Source of the DNA: Bispira polyomma
Lineage: Eukaryota
Direction: 5' to 3'
NCBI GenBank assembly: GCA_965649765.1
Contig: OZ287754.1
Location: 67,890,001-67,954,000, forward strand
DNA: 64,000 nucleotides
Positions within the stretch are counted from its first letter, which is position 1. Each line of letters begins with the position of its first letter. Both the position numbers and the translations under genes were made by a program. This document shows, piece after piece, positions 24,250 to 38,329 of this stretch. The notes beneath the pieces were generated by a model. The model was not told the origin of the DNA and did not search any database. It was given only the letters and a program-made list of their open reading frames with translations.

Positions 24250-26884
24250 AAAAAAGGTTAAGGTTATTTGGTTTCTTTGGGTTAAATATGGGTAGGTTAG
24301 TAGCTAAAGGGGCTAAAAATATGGGATATTCCTGTTCCCTCACTTACATCTTTGGGTGTGGTAAGAGTTAAGTTCTACAATGTTTTCTAAATTCACTGAA
24401 AACATTATTCCTAACAGATTAAATTCAGTTGTCCCCCCTATCAATCCTTTACCTTCAGGTAGTAATTTTTTTGAATGGTTCTTCTTACCTATCTAGATTA
24501 GTTTTGTTTTATCCGTGTTTACATTCAAGCTGCATACTAAACTCAAAAAAGTAAATTAAATTTAAATTAAGACACCACACTTTACAACTGAGGCTATGAT
24601 AGTCATATTAAAAGTTGTATTTTCTTTGTAACAACCAAATACTTTTAAAAGTATACTAAATAATAAGTTAAGAGGGCTTTATGCCAAGTTATGAAATTAA
24701 GTTATGATTGTATATAAAGGAACGCCATGTGTCCCATGTCAATGGCAATGAATTTTTGTTACCGGCCTTTGCTGGCTGAAACAGCTCAAACAAATGTAAA
24801 TTTTTGGATATTTAAACATTGTATGTATAACTGATAAACAATATACACATAATATAATCAATTATGTTTTACTCTTTACAGGAAAACGACCTATCGATTG
24901 ACACACAATTTTGATCTTACATGACGGCGTTAAGTACTGGAAGAAGATTCGGGTAATATCCATGCCTTTCAAATACACCAGATGATGTTGGAATTCGCCT
25001 TTCAAGGAATGAAACTATATGAAGACTGGATGATCAAGGATGAACGCTGGTGATAATCTGAAATATTCGTGAAAGCTTCGGAAGGTTTTTTTTGGCTAAT
25101 TTGACAATAGCAACAAAGTTGACTCGGCAGAAGACAATTTTGTGGAACTTATAAAGGAAAAAAAGTTGCATCTTCAATTACAGGTGGGATTATAACAAAT
25201 AAATTACCAGCATCCTGCCTCTCCCACCAGCAGATTACTCTCCTTTTAAAGTGTAAGTTTATAATGTTCTTTACCCCCAGAGGTTGTAATCTTGACACCA
25301 AATACTCTCCACTGTTTTCTTAACCTTGGCTCGGCAATGATCTTTTTCTTACAAAACATTTCTTGTCAGGTTATTAAATATGGAAGATATTTAAATAATA
25401 AAAAAAAAATGATAAGAAATGACAGTAAGAGTGATGAAGTTTCAGATGATTAACATTTACAAAATTTGAAGTTTGAAGTAAGGAGTAGTTACATTGACGG
25501 ACAAATAGCTGATGATACCAACCGCTGTTACGATGTATCATCGATACTGGTAATGTAAGGATCAAATTTTCAGATGATTACAAGCCTTGACAAATGTTAT
25601 AGTTAATAACTAATTTTAAATTGTTGTTATTATGGTACCTTAAGAATGAAATCTTTTACATATTTAAAAATGGTTTCATTTTATTTCAATTTTGTATAGT
25701 ACATGCAAAGAAAAATGATTACCAAAAATATACAATAAATTTTAAAAAATGAATATAATTTATTTAAATTTTTATACAATATTTCAGAGAAAACCATGAT
25801 CATAGAAAGAAAAACAGAAGAAAAATAAATAAAAAAGGAATAATGGTCAAAATTTTCATATTGCATGAGTTTGCTAGTAAAAATATTACTACATGCTTGA
25901 AGTTCTGCCGTGACAGTATATTACATCTGTGCTTGCACTTTACACCTACAGTGAAGGAATAAATAACTCGGATAATAAACTTCTATTGAATTTCACATGT
26001 TTTCAAAAAAACTTTTTTAAAAAGATCCGAGTGAACAACCCTCATTTTGAATTTTGAAAACAGTGACATTTTGGAAATGAACGGTAAAAATAATATAATT
26101 ATTTATTGAAATTAGTATATGTCATAATTGCTTTAATTACCGCAGAAGTGGAAATGTTCACTATGAAATAATCAGACCGTTTTAGCTTGTGAGTTGGGAT
26201 AGAGAAAATTATTTCTAGTAAAAATTTTTAATTCTGTTGATATTTAAACAGAAAAATCGGTAGTAATGAATTCAAGCAAAATTTCTAAATACTGAAAATT
26301 GGTGACATTTTCTTCTGCCATGAATTTTTACTTATGGAATACTAAATATTTAGTAATAAGCATCAACACCTTTAAATAGATCGACTTCATACTTTGCTAC
26401 AGTTTCAGATTGTTCAACAAATATATAAATGTCCTTTGGCACAGGATAATTCCCAAGAGTCCATCAATAATATAAATAACAGAATTTGAACAAGCCATTA
26501 TTTTATGCGGTGTACCTGGGACCAAAGACAAACAAGGATGTGTTGGATTGTTTTAACTGGTGCCTTTTATTTACCTTATATTGATTGACTACTCCTGGAT
26601 GACATTATAATATATATTTGCCCTCTTTGTATACTGTATTCTGTATTCTGTATACTGTATTTTGTAGTCTGTATACTCTTCCAAGAGGATCCATCTTGAT
26701 GGTGGTCCTCCATTTATATTTTATAAAGTTAATATTTATTGTACACTTCCGAGCTGGCATTTAATATATTCATAATTTATGTATTCTCAAATCTTAATTA
26801 TAAAAGTTGAGGTTCCATCTGTGGTGTAGAAATTATCATTTTTCTGGTACCTAAAATTTTATACATTCTGTATGCATATATTTT

Positions 26885-26917
<33 letters not shown>

Positions 26918-27174
26918 AAGTTCTTTTCTTAAAATAACTTTATTAACGTAGTTTTGATCATATGTTTGTAAATGTTAAAACAATTTAATTGTTTGGTACG
27001 TATGGATTTATTCTTTGCAAACAATGTATATCTAATGGATTGGGATATTTCAAATTTACCTTGAATACAAATGAGGCAACATATTAACAGCTTTGTAAAA
27101 GTTTTTTTTGTTCATGTTCACATATTTGATGTGCAATATTAGAATGATTATACACAGCATGAAACATTGAAATT

Positions 27175-30100
27175 ATGGATCAACTCGTGAAAACTGTATC
27201 GGTTGGCTCTGTAAAAGATTTACGTCAATATTTCAAAAAAGTAGGACTCAAAGGCTTACGTGACATAATGTGTGAAAAATATGGGAGAGAAAAGGGTAGC
27301 ATCCTTCATACAGTGATCAGCACACATTTAAAGCAAAAAGCTACCGTGGTCATAGAAAAACTTAAATTATTACTCGAAAAGGGAACCAACCTTGAACAAA
27401 GATATATGTATGGCAATAATGCACTGATGCATTCTGTCAAACTTGGCAGGCATAATGTAGCCAAATATATGTTGGAAATGAGCAATGTACCAATGTTAAT
27501 GGGAAACAACGATTACTGAATGAATTTGCTTCATATTGTTTCCCTCCATGGGTAGTGGTATGCACTTGGCCTGGTTTTGCAGAAAGTGGGTCACAAAAGA
27601 TTAGGAGTGTTGATGCAGCAGCAAACAACCAGGCCATTCATGAGGTATGCACCATCTATTGGGAAGTCCCTGACTATCAATGCCTGGACACCACTACATC
27701 TCGCTGCCGTTTTCTGTCATTTGGACTGTACCAAGTGGTTGGTGAAGCATGGCGCTGATACTAAAGCATTGGATGGTGAAAGGGTAGCACCTGCAGAAAT
27801 GCTACAAGTACTTGAATTCACTCAGAAGTCAGCACCCATTGCTAAGCAGTGCCATGGCTATATTGTTGCCCAAACAAAAGTTGGTTGTGAGGGATCTTTT
27901 TATTTTAACCTTTATAGTAAATAAATTGTCTAACATATCTCACTTCTATTCACACATAAAAATATGTTATAACATACAGATAAATCAATGCTAAACTAAT
28001 AGACTTAAAACAACAACATGGACTTGGACCATAATTTACATTTTACAAACACATGTAATTGATGTAACGTTCCACTCTTTAGATCGTATGATTAAATATA
28101 ATTCCGATTGAACTTCAATGCATGAAATTAATAAATTAATACCATGCGTTCAACTAGGATATTGAAAGTGGTATTTTACTAATGCAATCACCAAAAGCTA
28201 AATAGGCAGTTTAAATTCCCCATAAAAACAGGGATATATAGAAATTCAAACCCCATAAATGTATTATTTGTATTCTAGTGTCAGTTAGAAACACTATATT
28301 AGACGCAAGTCCTGGTCCTAAGGATACTACAGGGGAAAGTGAGGCACAGCCCTTGAATAAAAACCTGCTCCACAGCGGAAAATCACCACATGCCAAGTTT
28401 AAAGTTATCGTTGATTTAGACGAGTATTTGGCAAACCTTGGAATGCGATTCGAGGATGCCGTAAAGAAATTGATAGAGAAGGATGTTTCCAATGTATCTG
28501 AGTCTCCTACAGGTAATATATACCTTAACGACTTTTTAATGTTTCCATGTTCCTAATTTAGCATAAGGTTTAAACATAGTTTAATATTTTATTGAAATTC
28601 CAATTATTATGCCCAAGCTTTCACAATCTACTCCCAGACGTGAAACAGTGGTCAATAGGGCATACATATAACCCTGCCTTCTGGTGATAACATGGTCCGT
28701 GTTGTAGACTTGACAAGTATTTCACCTTAGAGGAAGCATTATCATCAGTTTGTCGCAATGCATAAACGTATTTAATGATAGTGTAATATTTATTGTTAAG
28801 ACAAAAGTAAAATGGTTTTGTCTTTGTATACTTCATACACTTCTATTTACCCCAAGCTACATTCAGTTAAACGTTTGAATGTATTTGCATTTATTTATTC
28901 TTTACACACAAAGGTATACAAAAAGTATATACAGTAAATGCTCGAAGAGAAGAGAAATAAAAATACTTACCACTCTCGCATCCAAGATTTGTCCAGGTTT
29001 AAGTAATTCATCATTGATTGACAACTGTCATCTTTATAATACTTGAGGTATCTCAGCTTTGCCAAAATTTTGCTAGTTTACTGACACTATGTGGACTGTG
29101 CACAATGTCATAAAATATATTTGGTTGCGACTGTTATAGATATACTTGGGGAATATTAATATCGACCATGTCTGGTACAAGGCGCTATACCCATCATCAT
29201 ATATACTTTATCACTTTGACTATTTGAAATCAAATTGATTTTATATTAGTGAATATTTACAACAACTGAACAGTCACCTGTTGAACAAAATCTAAAATGT
29301 ACACAGACCGGACCTAAAACAGAACCACCAGCTATAACTACATCAAGAGACAATGTCCGTGAACTACAGGACAGTGATTTGAAATCTATTAGAAAACTCA
29401 TGGATGACTATCTCAATGAACATAATGTTGACTTCAAAGATATACTCGATGAGATCAAAGCACGATGAGTTATATTTATGATTTGTTGTTTTGGTAAATA
29501 ACACACATTTCAATTCCTTGTTCCGTTCCCTGGCTATTTATTACACAACCTTCCAATCGAGCCACAACATTTTTTCTCTTTTTTTTTAAAAAAATATTTC
29601 TAGCTATTTTCCCAGATCTGTTTTTGTGACGTTTTATTTTCTGGGTTCCCAATCATCTTTGTGTTCTAAATTTTGTCCCATGTTAACAGATGGCCCAGAT
29701 ATTTCTATCTTCTTCCTTTTATTTCGGTTTTGTTTTTACGATCATATAATATTACACAACTATTTTTCACAAAACACTTATAAAAAAGGGTACGTTAATA
29801 ATAGTTGCAATATGAATGAAACAGTTATATTAGTGTCTCTATAACATACTTATCATTACATAATACAATCAAGTTGATTAATGATTTGATTAAGTCAAAA
29901 GGGTGCGTACACTTTATGATGGAGTGTCAATTATGACATCCATATTTTGTACCACTAATAGCAGCAAAATACACTCCCAAAAGATCAAATTAGAGATACC
30001 AAATATTGCAGGGTTGTAGCGATAGTGTTACACCAGTAACGCATTCTCTATCGTGTACATAACACTTCATCTACCTACACAGTAAATTGGGCTTAGATAT

Positions 30101-33042
30101 GATTCATGGCTATCAGTACAGAGTTTAACACATTGTAAACCAATTGAAATACAGATAGGCAGGACATATCGAATCCTACATCATTGGCTGATAGGTGAAA
30201 CTGTGTATTGAAGTGGTATCTATGATAATCTGTATGTCATCGCAGTAGATGGGCATACTTAGGACTGCATTTAATAATATATATATATAACAACACTGAT
30301 GAAAGGTGGATGAAAAAGTCAAGTACCTGCTGCAAGACTTATTTATTGATCTAATAGAGCGGTACTTGGTATAAGACTTATTTATTGATCTAATAGAGCA
30401 GTACTTGGTATAATACTTTTTTGTTGATCTAATAGAGCAGTACTTGGTATAATACGTATTTATTGATGTAATAGAGCAGTACTTGGTATAGTACTTATTT
30501 ATTGATTTAATAGAGCAGTACTTGGTACAAGACTTATTTATTGATCTAATAGAGCAGTACTTGGTATAATACTTATTTATTGATCTAATAGAGCAGTACT
30601 TGGTACAAGACTTATTTATTGATGTAATAGAGCAGTACTTGGTACAATACTTATTTATTGATCTAATAGAGCAGTACTTGGTACAAGATTTATTTATTGA
30701 TCTAATAGAGCAGTACTTGGTACAAGACTTATTTATTGATGTAATAGAGCAGTACTTGGTACAATACTTATTTATTGATCTAATAGAGCAGTACTTGGTA
30801 CAAGATTTATTTATTGATCTAATAGAGCAGTGCTTGGTACAAGACTTTTTTATTGATGTAATAGAGCAGTACTTGGTATAGTACTTATTTATTGATCTAA
30901 TAGAGCAGTACTTGGTACAAGACTTATTTATTGATCTAATAAAGCAATACTTGGTATAATACTTATTTATTGATCTAATAGAGCAGTACTTGGTACAATA
31001 CTTATTTCTTGATCTAATAGAGCAGTACTTAGTACAAGATTTATTTATTGATATAATAGAGCAGTACTTGGTACAATACTTATTTATTGATCTAATAGAG
31101 CAGTACTTGGTACAAGATTTATTTATTGATGTGATAGAGCAGTACCTGGTATAAGACTTATTTATTGATGTATTACAGCAGTACCTGCTACAAGACTTAT
31201 TTAATGATCTATTAGAGCAGTACCTGGTACAAGACTTATTTATTGATCTAATAGAGCAGTACATAGTACAAGACTTATTTATTGATGTAATAGAGCAGTA
31301 CTTGGTACAATACTTATTTATTGATGTAATAAAACAGTACCTGGTACAAGACTTATTTATTGATCTATTAGAGCAGTACCTGCTACACGACTTATTAATT
31401 GATCTATTAGAGCAGTACCTGCTACAAGACTTATTTATTGTTCTATTACAGCAGTACCTGCTACAAGATTTATTTATTGATCTAACAGAGCAGTACCTGC
31501 TTCAAGACTTATTTATTGATCTATTAGAGCAGTACTTGGTATAAGACTTATTTATTGATCTATTAGAGCAGTACCTGCTACAAGACTTATTTATTGATTA
31601 ATTAAAGCAGTACTTGGTATAAGACTTATTTATTGATCTATTAGAGCAGTACCTGGTGTAAGACTTATTTATTGATATGATGGGACTTGACATTTGTTTT
31701 TTCAGATTTGTTATAGCAGTAAACTCGGATTTAGACACAGATGACTTAGATGGCTACTCCAGCTCTTCCTTTGAGTCCTATAATACTGATGACTTTGAAG
31801 ACAATTCGTCAGATGAAGAGGCCATGGCTTCTGCACCAAAAGCACGGAAAAGCTGCATTATAAAGGATAATAACTCCGATGATGAAGATCTGTCAGTGCC
31901 AGAGGAAGTTTTAGCTGCAACACTGGAGGACTTTAGCCTGCCGGTATTGAATTTTTGTCCACATAAAAATACCACAAAAGAAATGGTAATTAGACCAGAC
32001 AGAAAAAAAACTGTGTCAGGTAATAATTTCATGGGTGTTTCTGTGTTCTCTGAAGGTTACCCCAAAGTTGAATCGAAGAATTAGTAGTACACGTATATGA
32101 CTGAATTCAAAAGATGATAAAATCACTATTATGGGCTTCACTTTTGGCTAGGATTTTTCATATATTCCATGTGGTAGAGTGTGTGCCTTGATTTTGCAAT
32201 AGGTCGTTAGTTCGAACCCCAGTTTTGACAATATTCATTGAATTGTTTTCCCATAGAGTGAACCAGGTACTCTTTAATTTGCATATGTAGTTCTTTGAAA
32301 GTAAATCCTGAAAGGTCAGGTATCGGTTATATAAGCAAGTAACATCTATATAAAAAGGTGGAAATCAAAGCAGGTTTTCTGAATTCTAAACAATCAGCCT
32401 CCAGCAAGAATACTGCAAACTTTCCCAAAATTCGAACCTACAACAGAAAAAATAGGGAGCAAATGTGTTTCCACTACACCAGCGTGGTCCTTGCTGATGT
32501 TTAAACCAGGGAGACCCAGTTAGTAAAGTGCCAGATTCTAGACAGATGTGATATGTTCATTTAGGTTGAGCTCAATAATATATAACACTATTATTTTGAT
32601 CTGATTGAATATGAAATGAACAACTGTGAATACCTTACATAATCATGTAAAAAATATATTAATTTAATTTCACATAAACACCAACACTTAAAATGTCCTA
32701 AATTTTAAAATATTTGAAAATATGTAATTATATAGAAGCCACTTGAAGTGTTTTGTAATAATGAAACCCTTATATGTTAGATGCAAATACTATTATTCAA
32801 TATTTTAAACAGTCTACCCTACTGATGCCACTATCCGTGATATAGCTATGAGGATCACTTTGCAAAAATTAACCATATTTGCAAGAAGTTTGGGCTTTGA
32901 TGCAAGCCATCCATGTTGTGCAGAGCCACGGAGAGATACTTGTGACCAAGCCAAGGCGTTACTGATGAACTGGAGGGAAAAACAGGTTCAAAATAGAGTT
33001 GAAGTGTCTCAAATTAGGACCCAGTTAAATGACATTTTTTAA
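27175..33042 (+). pseudogene. Multi-exon ankyrin-repeat + Death-domain gene, pseudogenised (exons ~27175-27883, 28279-28512, ~29250-29464, 31720-32019, 32813-~33005)
   Basis: Ankyrin motifs SILHTVI, GNNALMHSV, (G)MNLLHIVS, WTPLHLAAVFCHLDCTKWLVKHGAD. In-frame TGA at 27517 and TAG near 27553. Phase-1 AG/GT junctions. Acidic exon. Last exon TDATIRDIA...FARSLGF...DQAKALLMNWREK is Death-fold-like. Confidence 0.7.
30322..31676. repeat. 39-bp tandem minisatellite, about 35 copies, intronic
   Basis: Consensus tatttattgatctaatagagcagtacttggtacaagact, head-to-tail with no spacers. Confidence 0.95.
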
Positions 33043-33123
33043 AGTTAAACATTGAAGTTTTACTTCACGATTAATTATACAGGGTCATTTTTCAACCAAA
33101 ATTTTTTAGTATTTTAAAACTGA

Positions 33124-35358
33124 AAGGGCTGTCCCACTATCAAGAAACGCTGACAATGCGGATGGGGGCAATCATTGCATTTTCCCCCAATTCTAAAAAA
33201 AAGGCGGGAAATTTTATGTCACTTCATTATAATCGTAATGGCTAACAATTGTAACGATAGGTTAGGAGCCGATAGATTGGGGAAAATCGGGGATTTTAAT
33301 AGTACAAACTAAATATAAATAACCACTTGACAAAGATAGATCGTTACAACTGCTTATGATCATAAAGATGGGTCATTGTCTGCAATCTGGAAATTATGGA
33401 ACCTTGAGATTCGTCTCTAAAACCATATATATATAGGGGCAAAGCACACAAATCCAGACAGTTTTTATTGAGGAGTCGATGGTGGTGGTGGTTCATAATG
33501 TTAAAGCAGGGGTGGTTGGGGTAGTGTTGTCTGTTGATAGACGTATGTATCCCCAAAGCCTGCAGGAGTCCTAATGTTCTGGTAGCTGGTGTCTGGTGTG
33601 TCTAAATCGTCTGGAAAATGTAGAAGCTGCCGAGGTATTCAGGATGTCACTGTCCACTGACAGTGGGTTAATTGACATTGGGTTATAGACTAGTTGCACC
33701 AGTGCAACTAGTCCCACTAGTCGAGCTGCCTCCAGATATCACTTGCTGGTTCTAAAGTTCACTGGTGCTGGGCAACGATGGTAATGTTTGTGCTGTTTGT
33801 GTTGTAATCGCATTTGGGCTGGGCTGTTGTTGTTGTGGTGGTGGCTGTTGATAAATGTAGTGTCCCTGCTGTGGTGGTTGAGGAATGTAAGCTAGAGGTT
33901 TTATCTGGTATTGAGGGAGAGCCTGCTGTTGTGGCTGAAAAGCTGCTGTTGGAGCTGTTTGAGCTGCCGCCCTTTCCTGGAATGTTGTTAGGACTCCCTC
34001 TTGAACATCCTGGCAGTTTCTCCGTATCAATGCTCAACCAGTTCATATAAGCTCCTGGTGCTCCCTCATCTTTGGGTTTCTTGGCCTTTTCCAGGATCCT
34101 TGTTACAGTCTGTACCATCCTCCCAATGGAATTGGCTAACTCAATGCTGAACTGTCTCTCCTGTCTGTCCTGGATAAGGGTAGAGGATCCAAAAAATGTT
34201 GAAAATTTGACGTTGGACGACTCCATCTCACCCTGGTCTGTGTCGGAGTGGCACAACACACCTGGAAATTTATGAGGGGCAGCTCCCTGAGATGCTGATG
34301 CAATAGGCTTGAAGCCAGCAGACTTGTTGAGCTGACGTTTGATATGCGGCTTTAGTCGAAGTTGGTCTTGACACTGAGCTTGCCGAAGATAGTCCTCTGT
34401 GATTTGAACCACTTCATCACTTTTGTGTAATCCAATTCCCTTGTTGAGCAATACGACTCCCAATGCATATTCTTCCTCTGAGTGTCTTTATACAGTGGAT
34501 CGCGCTTATTTTAGAGCCACTGATGGTCCTTCAGGAAGTCCACCACAGCCTCCTCCTGCTCATCAGTTAACAACACAGTCTTCATCTTCCCCTTCCTCTG
34601 TTTGCGACTACAGCCTGCACCTCACTGTCCGGGGTATTCTGCATATGCTGGGTCTAGGCTAGTTCAACTGTTTATGGGGGTGTCACTGTCTATCAATAAC
34701 TGTTGTGTTTCTGCTAAAGACCCCTCATCATCTGTATCTCTCCCTTCAAACTCCCTCTCCTCCTGCTGTACTGGCTGTATCCTCCTTTTCTTGGTAACTC
34801 CCCTTTTTCCTGGCATAGTTGCAATTTTTATTTAACTAGTCTTACTGCCTCTTTATAACAAAAATATAAGCCTGTTGTAATCATATATTATAAACATTTT
34901 ATACAATTCGCTCCCACCCGATTTGCCCCTGAGTGATGGCTTTCATTTTGAAGTTATCTTTACCATTGGGGCGTTTTTAAAGACCTATCCTTAACATTTG
35001 ACAGGATAAGTAGTGAGAAGTGGAAGATAACTCGTAATGCTCCCGACCAATCAGGATGGATGAAATGATCAATCTTTTTAAAATGGCAAAATTTACTCCT
35101 GATTTAGTTGTCGATCGGAAAGAATGGTTATTGTTAGGTAACTTATTAGCAGCTTACGAGTGACCCCGATTGAACCTGCCCTATTGGTCCAAGGTTTTCT
35201 CACATGTTAGTTATTTGGCACAAGTGGCTGCAAGTGTCCTGAATGACCGCAATAATTCGGGAGAACTCCCTGAGTGTCCTAATTATTGTCCCAATTATCT
35301 CCCAATTGTATAATCGGGACGTTCGGGATCTATTATCAGAATAGTGGGACATTCCCTT
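33124..35358 (-). mobile_element. PIF/Harbinger non-autonomous element carrying only a decayed MADF (Myb/SANT-like) gene (ATG at 34816)
   Basis: TIR AAGGGC-TGTCCCACTAT / ATAGTGGGACATTCCCTT, flanked by TGA and TAA. Minus strand translates to LTDEQEEAVVDFLKDHQWL*NKRDPLYKD...WES...KWFKSQRTIFGKL, followed by a Q/P-rich tail. Confidence 0.75.
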
Positions 35359-36849
35359 TAAGTATTTGCTTCCTAATGTGCACATGTTAAACATTTCATG
35401 TGACAATTTTTTGTTGTTTTGAAATGACCATATAGAGTAAACTTCATATGGCCTGTCACCCTTTTACAGAACATGTGCAAAGACATAATTATTATGACAT
35501 ATATGACTTGTAAGTAACCTAGAATATCATATCCACGTATTTTCTATTTGCTATTCAACCCTCAATATATTTAGAGAAAATGATTGCATTAGGCATCTTG
35601 TATAATAGTTTGCTATGCTATAATAAGAAGCATTGAAGTTCACCATTTAACAAAAATTGTATTCGTCAGAGAAAGGAGAAAACGCCAACTCCATTAAAGA
35701 TATATATTTTGTAAAGATATATATACAGATATATATAAGTGCCTCGTATAGTTAGATTTGTGAAAAACATAATATAACATCTCCATTAAAGTTATAGGTA
35801 TATATATATAATATTTGTCACTTTTATAATTAGTTTGTTTTCCCTCTGGCAATGTTTGCCAAGATAACACAAGAAACCATTGCAAAACAAAAACTGCTTT
35901 ATTTTAATAGAAAATTTGTGTTCACTTAGGTCAAGTATTTACACAGCCCACCCAAACTTGAAAGTACATACACCATTTTCAACAAAGGCAGATAATTGTT
36001 TACATACATGAAAAACATAAAATAATTAATAAAGTAATTGTGTTCAAATATTGCCCAATAAATTCATTGTATGTGTTTTGCTTAAAGTGTGTGTATTACA
36101 TGTGTGCTGAATTATTATTATTTACTTCCTAATTATAATAATAAGCAATATGTATATGATGTACAATGGTGCATATGATGATAAAGGATTTTAACTAATG
36201 ATAAGTCTAAGTCTTAACTGTCTATTTGGAATATTAATGCTGCACTTGTTGAAGGCATTAATGTACAACCCTCCACTAATCCAGTATTTTGTGAAGTCTC
36301 AGTGGGGTCCGTTCCTAAAATATATTGTGAACAAAACTGTTACAATTTGGTTGTATAATGCATGTTTGCTGCAGCTCAAAGGCCCATTTAAACACCCCCG
36401 CCCCCTGATGAATGCACCTATGTGAAGTAACTTTAAAACTATCAGCCAAAACAAAAGCCCAAATTTGTCAAGCTGATATGTTCAACCATTACTGTATTGA
36501 CACTGACCCACCAAATAACAGAGATATGGGTCAGAGGAAGTTATAGCCAAAACATTGGAGGATTTCAAAATGGCGGTATTGCATTTTGGTCTAAGGCAAA
36601 ATACCAAAGAAGAGATGGTAATTTGACCGCATATAAGGAGAACTATGGACTGTAATAATTTCACAAATATTAAGATACAGCAGAATGGCAATATTAATGA
36701 TACAGAAAGAGAGAGAGAATTTTTTTTATTTTAGTGCCATCTGCACTCCAATATATATATACATTTTTAACATGACATAACTATGGCAGCCAGCCCAGCA
36801 TACACTTTTTTACGTATGTTACAATTACTGTCATAAGATATAAATAATG

Positions 36850-38300
36850 TATATACCATATACAGTAGTTATACATATCAATAAAAACAAATATTACATA
36901 AAGTATAAAACATGTAGTACATAGGTATATCGTATAAACTGTAGTCCAAGACTATTTAAACATTAGAGATTTACGTTTATTATATATAGTTACCAAATAG
37001 TTACAAAAATGGGTTATATTTTCTTTTTGCATTAGCAATTTTAACTTTTCTGGGTAACTTAAAACATCCAAATCAGGGTATTTCCTTTTAACATAGTTTA
37101 TGAATTTACTCCGCTCATCATAAAAAGCTACACAGTTTAAAGAGAAGTGACTTTCATCCTCTATATGTTCATTGCAGAGTTTGTATATTCTTTGTTCAAG
37201 TTGAACTTGATTCCAACGGCCAATTTCAATTTGTAGAGGTAGTACTATTGCCCTATGTTTTCTGTTTTTGATTCTATAAACATAAGGTTCCAATTTTGCA
37301 TTTTCTTTATATGTACAATATGTCCTTAGTTTAGGACTATTTATGACATTGTTTGTCCATAAATCTTTTTCTGTGTAGCTTATTTGAGATGTACACCAAT
37401 TTATATCAACAGGCAAATGGTTTCTGAATGGGGACTGCAGGTTTAGCTTTTCAAATATTTCTTAACTTCATTACTTCAGGAGAACTGGTTTTTAAAATTA
37501 AAATCCCACTAAAAGACGTTATACAATAGTCTTGATGTGTCTAACTTGCACAATTTATTCCAGAATTTAAAAATTTATAGTTTTCTCCGACACTTACTTG
37601 TCAACCAATCTAGATCACCAATTAATGCAACAGTTGGTGTAAATTTTGGGGCCCCCAGAAAAAGTCTCATTGCTTTGTTTTGGACGGATTCAATTTTAGG
37701 CACATCTTTGTATTCCCATACTCCTGAGCCATGGTCCAGAATTGGAGCAACACACATGTCAAATATTTTTTTGTAACTATTGTAACCTAATCCATTTAAA
37801 CAGTTAAATTTATTTATATATATAATACTACCAAGAGCCCTATTTCCAGAATCTGCTAAAACTAGAGCCATTTTGCCAATGTCTGCAAATTCATTAAAAA
37901 TCCTTCGTAAGTATTTGTATTCTGAAACTGTATCAAGGGCATTACTTCCAAGTTTAAAACTAAATTTTGTTTGATTTTGTGATTGTTTTCTAAAATGTAC
38001 TACTTGTGATTATTTACGATTAAACCTTTTTTGCCATTTTTTACCCCATTGGTCTATTACGTCAAGCATCTTTTGTAAATCTCCTTCAGACTCTGCAAGA
38101 ATTTCAATATCATCTGCGTAGAGAAGCACTGAGAGACTTTTGTTATTGTCTAATGGTATTCCCAGACCTAGGTTATATATTTCATTAACGATATCATTTA
38201 TAAAAATTTTAAAAAGAGTTGGAGATAAAGTATCACCTTGGCGTACTCCTAGTTTGCTGGAAAATGTCTTTGTTAAACTACCATTTATATTAATACATGT
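36850..38300 (-). mobile_element. 5'-truncated CR1-group LINE RT remnant
   Basis: Minus strand GVRQGDTLSPTLFKIFIND, LLYADDI, YKYL, IESVQNKAMR, LQIEIGRW...EDESHFSLNC. Confidence 0.85.
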
Positions 38301-38329
38301 AAATGACAGATTCCAAAAGGTGATAAAAT

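Noticed and set aside
30322-31676. CRISPR-like array, or a real Cys-rich 362-aa protein
   Set aside because: The units are contiguous with no unique spacers, the context is eukaryotic and there are no cas genes. The ORFs on both strands follow from the unit length being a multiple of 3.
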